In this document: positions 28,229-51,550 of the stretch, in pieces
Numbering within the stretch: position 1 is the first letter of the stretch
How the letters are laid out: every line of letters begins with the position of its first letter
NCBI RefSeq assembly: GCF_009914755.1
Contig: NC_060941.1
Strand: one strand, 5' to 3'
Length of the DNA stretch: 64,000 bases
DNA from: the human T2T-CHM13v2.0 reference genome, Homo sapiens
The notes under the pieces: generated by a model
What the model saw: only the letters and a program-made list of their open reading frames with translations
The model's database searches: none
Told to the model about the DNA's origin: nothing
Made by a program: the position numbers and the translations under genes

Positions 28229-30474
28229 GTGCGTGCTACCCCGCCGCGCCCATCCCGCCGCGTCCCCATCCCCTGCGTGCGGGGCCTTCCCGCCCTCCCG
28301 GAGGCCCAGGCCTCGGGAACCTACCCCGCCCCATCCCGTCCCCCTCCCCCCTCCCCCTCCCCCCCCAACCCGGTCCAACCTAACCCCGCCATCGGGAAGC
28401 CGGTGGGTGTGTCCCGCCCCGGGCCTCGCGACTGGCCAATGGCTTGGCGCGCCGAGCTGCCTGCCGCCCAATCGTTGCGCGGCCTGAGGGCGGCGGTGCA
28501 GCGGGAGGGAGAAAGAGGGAGGGAAGGGAAGTTAGGTTGCGCGGCGCTGCGTGTTCAGCAGGGGTGGGGGCGGGGGAGTCGGGCCTAGGGGCCATGTGGA
28601 AGCTCTGGGCCCGGCCGCCCGCCCTGTCTGACCCCGGCCGGCTTCTCCTTCCTATCCCGTGGCCCCTGTGGCTCTCCCCACCTATTTCCTAGAGCTCTGC
28701 CCTTTCCTAGCTACCTTGGTCTGTACTCATGGCCAGGCCTGGCACCCGACTGCCTCTTAACCCATTTCCACTGATATTTTTCCCTCTTTGCTCGGTTATT
28801 CCTCTCTTGGGGTTTTTTCTTTTTCTTTCTTTCTTTTTTTTTTTTCTTCTGACCTGGATGAATAGAGACCTAATCACTAGGGATCTGCACCCAGAAAACA
28901 GACTGAGGCTCATCTTTGAGATGGGGCCTGTTTGCTGATGAAATCACAGGGGAAAGTTCCTCGTTTTTCATATTTTAAAATTTAAGGGGTCCGGAGAAAA
29001 TGAAGCTAAGTCCGCTAGAGACTGGTCCTTTGTATAAAAATGTGGGATGGATTGGTTGAAACAGCCTAGATGCCAGTTAAGTTTCTCTTTGGTGTCCATC
29101 TCCTGTTGGGGGATGGGGTCAGAGGGAAGGATTGGATGATGCTTGACATCTTTGAGAAAGGTAATAGGAATTAAGTCTGAGTAACACTAACCATATGTGT
29201 TCCTTTGTGTTATATAGGCAAAATGTCAACATCAACAAAGTGACAAGGCTTATTTTATACAGACTGCCTTTGAATGATTTTTTTGTTGTTTTTCATATGT
29301 GCCAATTTTTACAACTAACCTGTTTATCCTTTCCTAGAAGAGATTTTTCCACTAGTATAGGCTGATAATTCCATTTAGGGTATTATTCCTGTTTCTGCTT
29401 TTGCAAATTTTGCAAAAAGCTTTTTATCTTATTCCTAACATTCTTAACATTCTTTAGTGGTACATAATTAATAAAACTTTTAAGAATTATCTTCTGCTGT
29501 GATTGCAGAGCTTGTTAGCAGTAAGAAAAATGTGTCTGCTTTTGACTTTTCCTGCTAACTTTGCTGTTTGGGCACGGTTTTTGGTGGAGAGGTGTGTGTG
29601 TGCTAAATTTTTAAACAAAGGGAGTAGTTTTTGAGGCCTGTGGATTACAAAAGGTTACAAAAGAACATGCTTTTCAGGGATCCACTGTATTCCTCAACTA
29701 AAGTCCAAATGTAAAGGAGCAAGTAATTGTTGATCATTAGATACAAAGTTATTTTGCTTGAACAGCTTGCCTGAAGATTTTTTCTTTCACTTTTTCCCTA
29801 TTTCTAAATATCTTATCACTTTTCCTTATAAATCTGCTTTTTTCATTGTTCCCTTTTTGCTGAGTGCCCACAAATAAAACAGAGGATGAGGCTCCTAAGT
29901 TTGTTTTAGGCTTATCTGTATTTCCCCCTCTCATAAAAGATCACCTCCTTCCATGGATTGAAAAGCTACCCTGCTGCTGCCATGAGATGGAAAGTTGGAT
30001 CATTCTTTTGGGACCAAGGTTTTTGAAATTTAGATAAACAGTTTTATTTTCTACCCCCCATCATAACAGCCATTCATTTAACAAACATTGAGTACCAGAC
30101 ATTATTAAAAGTTCTTGGGACACCTCAGTATACATAGAAGACTGACTACTACTACCATACTCTGAAACCTTGCAATTCGGGGGTCTAACATGACAATTTG
30201 GGCACTAAGAATGATCTTGATAGGGAAATCTGTAATTCCTCATTAAGTGCTAGGCTCCACGAGAAAAGTGGAAGACTTCCTGTTACACTAAGTAACATTT
30301 TTATAGAAGTCAGTGAAGTAAATATTTTGTGGTTTCCTGAAATGCTTATATCAAAAAAAAATTAGACATTAGTTCCCCCCCTCGCCGCCCCTCTGGTGGT
30401 TCAGTGCTCTATAAATTATCCTCAGTTGTGGAAATTCCTAAGATATTTTTATTTACAAATTTATCTTCCCTTAA

Positions 30475-30741
<267 letters not shown>

Positions 30742-31054
30742 TAGAGCTAACAGTGTGATAGGTTTCTGGGACCTCAACTTTACCTAAAGATAAAAATTGT
30801 CTTTGTCTTAAATCTTTCTCAACACAGCTTGTCCATTCCCATTGATGGATTGGAATTCTTTTTAGATGACTGAGGTAGGCTGCAGCAGTTTGGGAAACTT
30901 TAATTACGTGCCATAATTTGTAAAATCTGTTTGGCAAATGGGAGTAGTGTACAAATTGGTGCTACATTTGTATAAAAATTAGGGAATTTGTTAATAGGTA
31001 TTTCCAAGCTCTCCAGAAATTCCGATTCGGTACTTCTGGAGTACAGCTCAGGGA

Positions 31055-31330
31055 ATTTTTTTTTTTTTTTTTTTTTTTTTTGGAGACAGTCTTGCTCTGT
31101 TGCCCAGGCTGGAGTGCAATGGCATGATCTCGGCTCACTGCAGCCTCCGCCTCCCAAGTAGCTGGGATTACAGGCACCCACCACCATGCCCAGCTAATTT
31201 TTGTACTTGAAGTAGAGACGGGGTTTCACCATGTTGGCCAGGCTGGTCTTGAACTCCTGACCTCAGGTGATCTGCCTGCCTTGGCTTCCCAAAGTGCTGG
31301 GATTACAGGAGTGAGCCACCTTGCCTGGCT
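31055..31330 (-). mobile_element. Antisense Alu, intron 3
   Basis: T-run plus reverse Alu consensus. Confidence 0.93.
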
Positions 31331-31921
31331 GTTGTTGTTTTTAAATTAAGTTCTTTAGTGATCTGTCTTACATGGGTAAGGCACAAAGAGGAGTGAGTTA
31401 AATATCTGTGCAGTCATCATTTTGTCCTTGGTATTTGAGTGGAAACTAGTGGGGAATTCCTACATATGTACTTGTGCAGGACATGGTTATGCACATCATA
31501 CTTGCTATTTCCTGGTTCTAGATATCAGCATTAGGTAAAGTAGTGCCCTGTAAGGCAGTAACTTCTGTATCTGGTTGTGTACCTCCTTCTGTCACCAATC
31601 TTGCATACCCATGATAAGGAGCCGGGTTATTAAATCCAACTTGGTTTCAAATCGTTTTGGAGCATGTAGAGCTGTTTCTATTCATGTTGGTTCTGCTTGT
31701 GTAATAACAACATTTTAATTCCTTCTCCCTCAGCTAAGTGACATAAATGGAAGTATATTCTATCACTGGAAATCTCGATACTGATAGTGCCCATTCAGTT
31801 TCTCATCTTCCTTAATTTACACACTAGTAAATGGGATAAGATGTAATTGGAATTGTAATTGGCTTATTTTTTGGCACATCACTCTTAACACCAACCCTTT
31901 AAAAAAAAATTAGACAATAAT

Positions 31922-35032
<3,111 letters not shown>

Positions 35033-35921
35033 TAAAGAAACTTGAGGATCGCAAACTGAAAACAGAAGTCTATGTTTGAAGAGTCTTAGATTCTAGACTT
35101 ACAAAATGAGGATATTCTCATTTGGATTATCCCTGACCCAGTCTTTTTTCTTAAGATCCCGAATGTACCATGAATGTTGTGGCGCATTTTCATTTACAAC
35201 ATTACGGAAAGTTTTGCCAACATTTGATGTAGTTGGTTTAGCCACTGGAGACACAGTATTTTAGATGTAGCCCCCCCAGCACTGTTGTTCCTGATGAGGT
35301 TACCACTCTTGGTGTGTATTTTAATATATAGACTTTATGAAGCAAAGGAGCCCACAGCACTTGACCCAGACTTAGACTCCCTAGATGTGCCTAGGTGTCG
35401 ATCCTTGGCCTTGGCCCTTAAATGCCCTGAAGCTTTACTTTAGAGTACAGATGGCCTGGAAAATACGAACAGACTGCCATCTCCATTTGCACAGAAGTGG
35501 GGAGGAAAGCGAATATTACCTCATACCCAGAGTCATTATGCTAAGAAGTCAAAGATGAAGTTGATGAGTTTGACTTGGTTTTGTTCAGTTCTGGATTGCC
35601 AGTACCATGAGACATTTTGCAGGTGGTTTGCAGTGTTATTCCCAAATGGAAACGGGTGGGGAAAGATCACCAATTCATGATACTTTCTTGAGTGAACTTT
35701 ACAGTTAAAAGGACTGCCAATTAAGCCAGGCACAGTGGCTTACACCTGTAGTCCCAGCTGCTTGGGAAGCTGAGGTGGGAGGATCACTTGAACCCAGGAA
35801 TTTGAGGGTTCAGTGCATTGTGGTAGTGCCTGTGAATAGCCACTGCACTTTAGTCTGGGCAATACAGACCCTGTCTCTTAAGAACAGAAGAAGGACTGCT
35901 TCTGTCGTGAAGCTCCTTATG

Positions 35922-36267
35922 GCAGTCTTTTGGAGGGGATTGATTCCAGCACCCTCCTCAGGTACCAAAATCCTCAGATGTTCAAGTCTGTTACATAAAA
36001 TGGTGTAGTATTTGCATATAACCTATGCACATCCTCCCATATACTTTAAATCATCTCTAGAATACTTACAATACCTAATTCAATGTAAATGCTATATTAA
36101 TAGTTGGTATACTGTATTAAGGGAATGATGACAAGAAAAAAAGGTGTACATGCACCTTTTGGTGCAGTACAGATGCAACCATCCATTTTTTTTCCTCTAA
36201 ATATTTTCAATCCATAGTTGTTTGAATCCACAGATGTGGAACCCATGGCTGCAGAGGGCTGACTGTA
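35922..36267. mobile_element. MER2-like TcMar-Tigger element
   Basis: gtagtatttgcatataacctatgcacatcctccc...tactttaaatcatctctaga; ends in gagggctgactg+TA. Confidence 0.8.
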
Positions 36268-36296
36268 TATTCATTGCACTTCTCTGCTTGTTACAG

Positions 36297-36449
36297 GACC
36301 CAGAGCAGCTACAAGATAAATCCAATGAGATTCTGACTGCCATAATCCAGGGGATGAGGAAAGAAGAGCCTAGTAATAATGTGAAGCTAGCTGCTACGAA
36401 TGCACTCCTGAACTCATTGGAGTTCACCAAAGCAAACTTTGATAAAGAG
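36297..36449 (+). CDS. KPNB1: Importin beta-1 exon 5
   Basis: DPEQLQDKS...ANFDKE; ag/gtaagt. Confidence 0.98.
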
Positions 36450-36724
36450 GTAAGTTTTTTGACAATAAGGTATAGATTCAGACAGTAAGGGATGAAAGAG
36501 TTGAATGAAAGTTTTTTGTTTTGTTTTCTTAAGTTTATGGTTTAGAAAGTACCACCTACTTAAAAGTATTTGTTTCCAGTTTAGTCGAGTTCGTATTGTG
36601 TGAGATATCCCCATGGAGTGTTTGCCGTTTCTCATCATGCTTTTGGAAATAAAGTGTTTCTAAGCTTAGGTTTTTCCTTTTGCAGTCCAAAGTGTGGAAT
36701 GTTGTTGGGTTTTTTTAAATTATA

Positions 36725-37700
<976 letters not shown>

Positions 37701-37759
37701 ATATATATATGTATATGTATGTGTATGTATAATATATATGTAAACATTTTGGCTGAAAA

Positions 37760-38290
37760 TGCAATGAATAACATAAAATTTACCATCTTAAATCATTTTT
37801 AAATGTATAGTTAGTTAAGTAGATTCACATTGCTGTGGAAACAATCTCCAGAACTTTTTCATCTTGCAAAACTGAAACTGTACATACTGAACAACAACTC
37901 CTCATTTCCCCCTTTCTCAGCCACTGGTAACGACCATTTTACTTTCAGTTTCTATGTATTTTACTACTCTAACGAAATACCTTACGTAAGTGGAATCATA
38001 TTTGTCTTTTTGCGACTGGTTTGTTTTACTTAGTATGATGTCCTCGAGATTCATCTAAGGGGTAGCATTTGTCAAAATTGGCTTTTTAAGGGTGATTAAT
38101 ATTCCATTATATGTATATGCCACATTTTGTTTATCTAGTCTTCCATCCATGGCCATTTGGTTTGCATCCACCTTTTGGCTATTGTGGGTAATGCTGCTAT
38201 GAACATGGGCATGCATGTGTATCTTTGAGACTCTGCTTTCAGTTCTTTAGGGTAAATACCGACAAGTAAAATTGCCAGGGTCATGGTCTG
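37760..38290 (-). mobile_element. L1M 3' fragment, antisense
   Basis: ccaccttttggctattgtgggtaatgctgctatgaacatggg L1 motif. Confidence 0.85.
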
Positions 38291-38907
38291 AAAGTATTTC
38301 TGTATATATGTTTGTTGACACTTCAGCTGGGTTTTTACCATTTCTTGACTTTGGAAAGGTCTGAAACCCCAGAGCAAATGGCAATTCTAATTGATTAGAA
38401 AACTGGATTTTTCCTTAATAGATTTTGGAAGATTTAGGAGGGTAGCACATAAAGTTCATTCTCCCTTTTCTCACCACATTTGATGTGAATTTGCTACCTC
38501 TCAGAAAACAAATTTGGTCTCTGAAATAAAGCAGATGTTTTGAATTCTCTTATATAAGGAAACTGATTTTCCTACATGTAAATTTTTATCTTTTAACCAT
38601 TTTTATTTAAAACTTGTGACCTACATTTTTCTGTTTCCTCCCTGAAGTCTTTGTTAGTGGTCATTTTGGAGATTAAAAGATTAGGGACCTCATTGGAGGG
38701 CAAGTCACATAGCAGACACCGAAGGTAAACTCTTTATAGCCTTTATAGTGCTGTACCATCTCAAGGGAGAGTGGCTTGATTGTACCAGGCAGGGCTGTGT
38801 GGGGCCCTGAGGGGGAGTGAGAGGTTTTCCTTGTAGAGGGAGTCTGGAAATCTTCCTACGTACAGGTTATGCTCTCCTAATTCTCTTTATTTTTATTCCT
38901 CCTACAG

Positions 38908-38967
38908 TCTGAAAGGCACTTTATTATGCAGGTGGTCTGTGAAGCCACACAGTGTCCAGATACGAGG
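38908..38967 (+). CDS. KPNB1: Importin beta-1 exon 6
   Basis: [20 protein letters not shown]; ag/gtaagt. Confidence 0.97.
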
Positions 38968-39106
38968 GTAAGTGTGAGGTTATATGAAAAATCTGTCTTA
39001 CATCTTTCTTAGGAAATGTCAAATCTAATATAAGTTTGAAATACTGGGAATCAGTTGACTTCAGCAATAAGGTTTGATTAATATTGTTACTAATAATTAA
39101 TATTCT

Positions 39107-41795
<2,689 letters not shown>

Positions 41796-41947
41796 AAATC
41801 TTTCTTTTCCTATCTTTTCTTTCAAGCCTAGCTTCCTTTTTATAGTTACATTTCTGAAATTTGCATGTCTGTGGTTAAAGCCGGGTTGGGGCAGGGACTC
41901 ACTTGAATCAGTACTTATTTGGGGCCTGGGGTGTTTTTCTTCTTAAG

Positions 41948-42058
41948 ATCACAATCGAAGCAATGAAAAGTGACATTGATGAGGTGGCTTTACAAGGGAT
42001 AGAATTCTGGTCCAATGTCTGTGATGAGGAAATGGATTTGGCCATTGAAGCTTCAGAG
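41948..42058 (+). CDS. KPNB1: Importin beta-1 exon 8
   Basis: [11 protein letters not shown]...AIEASE; aag/gtgagc. Confidence 0.98.
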
Positions 42059-42298
42059 GTGAGCTGGGGAGAACTATTACTCTGAATACGCTTTGGGACA
42101 TATCTCATTTGTGGATGATGTTCCCCTTCTAGGAGAACTTTATTCTGTCTGGGTTTAGAGGGTATCTCCATTGGCAGAGATTTTGATTTTTCTGCTAGCC
42201 AGAGCCCTTCATGAAGGAGGCACATCAGTAATGAGGGCTCACGTTCTTGCCAAGCAGTCAGGCATGATTGATCGTAAATAGTGGTATTATCACTGTGA

Positions 42299-42314
42299 AC
42301 ACAAGGGGGCAGCA
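42299..42314 (+). promoter_or_regulatory. Candidate CTCF site, intron 8
   Basis: ACACAAGGGGGCAGCA versus consensus CCACYAGGGGGCRSYA; motif match only. Confidence 0.35.
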
Positions 42315-42668
42315 GGCTGTCGCAGTTTACCAAGGTGATGCCTGATGCTGAATTATTTCCTTTTGGAAGTCCTAATGCAAGCCTAGGATGTATAATTGAT
42401 ACTTTACTAACTCTGGTGAAAGAGTCAGATATGGAAGAGAATGGGGAGTTCTGTACTTGGGATCTTTGAATTCAAGTTTTGTTTCCAGCTTGGTCTTTAC
42501 ACACTTTTATTTCAGGACAAAAATAAAAAGGTTTTTTTTGGCATCTTTAGGCAAACTGAGTGTGTGTTGATCCAAGGAACACTGAAATATCAGGTTGTCC
42601 ATATGAATTGAACTTATGAAAAAAAAGTTATACTTAATGTTGCCTTGGACCTATAATATATGGCCTAA

Positions 42669-42974
<306 letters not shown>

Positions 42975-43824
42975 TAAGCTGTGGAACCTTACTAAGAGTA
43001 AACTGTGGAAACTTTCCATGGAAGGAACTTCGCAGCCCATCAACTATTTGATGTTCTGTTGTTGATGACTTAGAAACAGCTAAGCTGCATCTATAAGATC
43101 CCCTAGGCTCTGACTTCTTTGTGAAGGAGAACTGAGTCTTAACATCTCAGATGCATCTTGCTCAGGAATGAGCCACATGCTGCTCTGATTTCCTGAGTGC
43201 TCCATTGTCCAAACTCATAAAAGAAAGGTGCTCTGTCAAAGCTTCAGTGAAGCAAGGTTAGGAGCAAAGATGTGCTGGTTTTAGGCCACTTGCGTATCTG
43301 TTGTAATATCCAGGATACTTTCGTGAGTTCACAGGGTGTATGTTTTTAAAATTCTAAGGAAGTTGGATATAAGTTATTCAGATGCTAATGAAGGACCCCA
43401 ACCCAAGAAAGAAACCCTTCTACTGATCCTTTAAGATAATTAACTTCAATTATTAAGATTCAGGATGAAAGTAAAGTGACAAGACTTCATAAAGATTGGG
43501 GTCTAATGAGTAAATATAGAAGTTCTTTTATGAGGACCGTGTCCTGGTTGCTTTTGTTCTCCTGACTTGATGCAACACAGTGTTTTTTGATACGGTATTT
43601 GGGAAGCTTCTTCTGGTGCATGTGAAGTATTACCAAAGAGCTGCTAGTACTCTGACGAAACAATGTTGGTAACTGAGCATTGCATCATTTCTTTGTACAC
43701 AGGAATGTAATTGTTTTTAGGGATGTGTATAATTCTCAATATAGCAGTTTCAAAAGCTAAGTAGGGATGTGTTTGGATTAAAATGAACTGGGTGTTCCCT
43801 TAATTTTCATCTCTCCTCTCAGGG

Positions 43825-45660
<1,836 letters not shown>

Positions 45661-45924
45661 TAACTGGAATCATACAGCATACATTCTAGTTCTGTATTTT
45701 GTTCTAAATGTTTGGAATTCATTCTTTTTGGATGTAGTTGAAATTTTTTCATTCTTGTTGTGTAGTACTAAATGGAATCTTCTTCCATCTGAATCTTGTT
45801 TAACAAAGGCTATGCTGTGATGAATGTTTGTGGAAGAGACAAAATATAAAGGTCTTATATTTTATTTCCCTGGAGTTTAAGTTCTAAAGACATTCAAGAG
45901 TAGTCAGAGGACCTTTAGAGTTAA

Positions 45925-46227
<303 letters not shown>

Positions 46228-47449
46228 TAGGATATTTATTGTTTAAACTTAAAGCATATCTTTATTTTTCAAAACAAAACTGTAAATTGTCATCTACAAA
46301 GATTATCTCTAGATACTTGTTTACTTTTAATGAGGGTAAAATATATTTCTTAGGTTTTTAATTACATAAGTCAGCATGATCCAGAGACATGTGAAAGAAG
46401 CCAAAAGAGAAAAGTCATCTTTAATTTCATTGCCCAGAAATACCACTCTTAACTCTGTATTTATCCTTGAAGCTTTTTCCTATGTGCATGTGTGTGCAAC
46501 AGGCTCTTCCTGTGCAGATTGTTTTATAACTTGTTTCTTCATTTAATACTATGTTGTAAACATTTCCCAATAATTTTTTTTTGCACCTAGCACTGATTCC
46601 CCATAATTTTTAATAATGGCATTATTATTCTATTCTTTGGACAAAATGTCCTTTATGTAATGAAAATGTTCTTATGGAAATGTTGTGCTTGTTTTGCTAT
46701 TACAAGTCGTGCCATTGCACTCCAGCCTGGGCAACGAGCGAAACTCTATCTCAAAAAAAAAAAAAAGAGTTTGTTATAGTTGAGTTTAGTGCTTAAAGAA
46801 TTCAGTCTTCAGTCTTTCTGGATATAGCCAGATGCCATCATAGCTGCATCCTGAGAATTCTGAGTATCTGAGTAATTCTTTTTTTTTTTGAGGTAGGGAG
46901 GCGGGGGGATGGAGTCTTACTCTGTCACCCATGCTGGAGTGCTGAAGTGCAGTGGTGCAATCTAGGCTCACTGCAACCTCCAGCTCCCCAGCTTAAGCAA
47001 TTCTCGTGCCTCAGCCCCCTGAGTAGGTGGGACTATGTGCCACCATGCCCAGCTAATTTTTGTATTCTTAGTAGAGAGACCGGGTTTCATCATGTTGGTC
47101 AGGCTGGTCTTGAACTCCTGACCTCAAGCAACTCCTGACCTCAAGTGATCTGCCTGCCTCAGCCTCCCAGAGTGCTGGGATTACAGGCATGAGCCATCAT
47201 CATGCCCGGCCTCTATCTGAGTAATTTATTGCAGACTACTAAAAGCATTTACACCAAATTCTTAATATAAAACTCTAAACTGGAGTTTTGAAAGATATTT
47301 TCAAATATTTTGAAAGATGTTTCACACCATGTCCTGTAAAATTACAGAAGTATCTTGGTGACTTTTTTGAGTTAAGCCATCCATCAGTATTTCTTTCTCT
47401 GGGGTAGTAGTTAACATGAATTTTAATCTTTGTTTTGCTTTGCTAATAA

Positions 47450-47713
<264 letters not shown>

Positions 47714-48365
47714 TAGAAGGTGTGGGAGAGAAATCAATCTGCCTCACTGGAATGCTTTTTCTGATTTTCTTTCTAATTTATTCAATTAAAATGTGGGGGA
47801 GATTCCAACTGCAAGAGCCAGTGGGAACACTTGACTTATGGTTACTGGTTCCTGAACCACTTAGAACAGTCATGGTAACCCAGTGGGGAAACTATCTGGA
47901 CTTGGGTTGCTTTCTTGAATTGCTTGGGGACAAGAAGTTTTGATTAAGGTAGAGAGTTTTTGGCTGTAAGAAGTATCATTGCTGAGTAGAGGGCAAGAGG
48001 GAAGGAAGGTAGGCAGCCTAAATGCTGAGTCAGTATAGGCTAATGTAATTGGTTAAGGGGAGGAAGTTCAAATAAGGAAGGAATGGGGCTAAACGTCTTT
48101 CTGTGAAAGGAAACAGAAATGAAATGGCAGGTATGGTTGAAAGTACTCTGCTGCTTAGAGAGTTGTCAGATTATCAAACAGGATGATGAGAGATGTCAGA
48201 TTATCAGACAGGATTTCTGTGATTGGAAACAGAAGAAATGGCAGGTATTGGTGAAAGTACTCTGCTGCTTAGAGAGTTGTCAGATTATCAGACAGGATGA
48301 ACAGGAAGTACAAATCAAATAAATAAATAGTTAGTTTAAAAGATACCTGTAAAATGCTGTCTTGA

Positions 48366-48620
<255 letters not shown>

Positions 48621-48823
48621 TAACTGATATTTCACAGAAATGAGTGACGTCTTTGCATCCAAGTTCTATTGCCTTCTGTGTGGAGGATATCTAGCTTAAT
48701 CATAGAAGCATAATGAGACAGGACAAGACTCTACCTTCTCTAGAGGAATTAAAAGAAACCCGCTGGGCGCGGTGGCTCACGCCTATATTCCCAGCACTTT
48801 GGGAGGCCAAGGCGGCTGGATCA

Positions 48824-49204
<381 letters not shown>

Positions 49205-49820
49205 TCATTTTGCAGCATTGACAGTTAACAGGAGTATTTGGTTACAAGAGAAATGATAGTACTCATTATGAATTTGATTGCCACACCAAATCAATAACTA
49301 CCATTTTTATTTTATTTTATTAATTAATTAATTAATTTATTTTGAGACAGAGTGTTGCTCTGTTGCCCAGGCTGGAGTGCAGTGGCGCAATCTCAGCTCA
49401 CTGCAACCTCCTCAAGCGATTCTCCTGCCTCAGCCTCCTGGGTAGCTGGGACTACAGGTGCATGCCACCATGCCTGGCTAATTTTTGTATTTTTAGTAGA
49501 GACAGGGTTTCACCATGTTGGACAGGATGGTCTCGATCTCCTGACCCTCGTGATCCACCTGCCTTCGCCCCCCAAAGTGCCAGGATTACAGGCATGAGCC
49601 ACCATGCCCGGCCAACTACCATATTTTTATATAGGATGAAGAACTTGGGGTAAATACAGTTGACTTAGAAACAAGCTTTTGAAATGTTGTTTAAAGGGAT
49701 TATAAGTTGGAGACAACCTTTAACAATTTATGTTTTGTATGAGCTATACCTAAAGTCATGAGCAAAGTAAACCTTCAGGAAGAGAGCTGAGCACAAAATC
49801 TTCCTTTTTTTTTTTTTTGA

Positions 49821-50069
<249 letters not shown>

Positions 50070-50804
50070 TAGGCCTGAGCCACTGTGCCCATCAAAAAAA
50101 AAATCTTCCATTTAACTAGTTCATGTCCATGCCTCTTTGAGATTATATATGAAGACATCTTTTTTAAATGAATGAAGAAAATTGGGGTATTTTTTTTTTT
50201 CTGGGACGGAGTTTCGGTCTTGTTGCTCAGGCTGGAGTGCGGTCTCGGCCCACTGCAACCTCCACCTCCCAGGTTCAAGGAATTCTCGTGCCTCAGCCTC
50301 CTGAGTAGCTAGGATTACAGGCACAAGCCACTACACCTGGCTAATTTTTATATTTTTAGTAGAGGTGGGGTTTCACCATGTTGACCAGGCTGGTCTCAAA
50401 CTGACCTCAAGTGATCCGCCTGCCTCAGCCTCCTAAATTGCTGGGATTATAGGCATGAGCCATCACGTCTAGCCAGGAAAATTGGGGTATTTTCTTCATA
50501 GCACTTCAGACAACCTGTTAAATTGTTCACATGATTTTTTACCATTTCAAACCATTTTTTCCTCTATAATTTTAGCCCATTTCCAAAAGGGCCATTCTAA
50601 ATTTTAACTGTCTGGAGACCATAATGAACATAGCCATTGGCTCAAAGGACTTGAAGATTTCATTCTTGGATATTGTGTTTTCAAACTCAAACCAGGTCTG
50701 CAGACATACCGGTTCCTGAGTTCTTATTTTTGGCAAGACATTGTCTATGTTCTTCCCTGTCCTTTTCATTTGAGGCTTTAAGATTTTCGCTGTGTTCTTT
50801 ACAG

Positions 50805-50952
50805 ACCTGATGGACACCAGAACAACCTGAGGAGTTCTGCATATGAATCTCTGATGGAAATTGTGAAAAACAGTGCCAAGGATTGTTATCCTGCTGTCCA
50901 GAAAACGACTTTGGTCATCATGGAACGACTGCAACAGGTTCTTCAGATGGAG
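50805..50952 (+). CDS. KPNB1: Importin beta-1 exon 13
   Basis: [13 protein letters not shown]...QVLQME; ag/gtgaga. Confidence 0.98.
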
Positions 50953-51276
50953 GTGAGACCTAAGAGTGCCCCTGACTATGGGTGGGAATTGGGTAGTACT
51001 TTTGACACCTAGGTCTGTTTTCCAGACTGTTCTGTCTTTTTAGTGTTTAAGTATATATTTTCTCAGAAAGATAATAAAGCTTATACAAAAAACATTGCAC
51101 CTTAACGTTAGCATTGTTTGTCATGGTTTACTCATATATGTGTTACACTATATGTATTATGGGTTTTTTGTTGCTGTTGTTTACTTTCCTATGTTAGTAT
51201 TAGGGAAGATTATTAAATGGTCCCAGCAAAAGTGGAAGGTTTTCATGTAGAGTATGTTTTCTTATTTTCTTTGTAG

Positions 51277-51369
<93 letters not shown>

Positions 51370-51550
51370 TAATAACTCCAGGTTGGAGAATTATTAGTAT
51401 CTCAGTATAACAAGTTCGTGTACACACAGAACTCGAAAATGGTATAGATGATGCGGATCAGAAGCTGTTCTCAGAAGGCTTTGGTCTGTGATTGGTTGAT
51501 TGGGAGAGGAATTCCCCACCTGCCTTACCTGTCTGTCTAGAAAGATTCAA

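Larger units (their letters stand above)
27000..28700. promoter_or_regulatory. KPNB1: CpG-island promoter of KPNB1 (TATA-less; CCAAT, E2F-like and CHR-like motifs)
   Basis: Very high GC and CpG density; CCAAT at 27355, 27443, 27475, 27494 and 27627; E2F-like ccgcgaaa ~27134; CHR-like CTTGAA ~27539. Confidence 0.9.

Noticed and set aside
27087-28692. Long ORFs (231, 289 and 162 aa) over the promoter
   Set aside because: Stop-codon scarcity in a GC-rich CpG island; low-complexity P/G/R content; only exons 1-2 are supported
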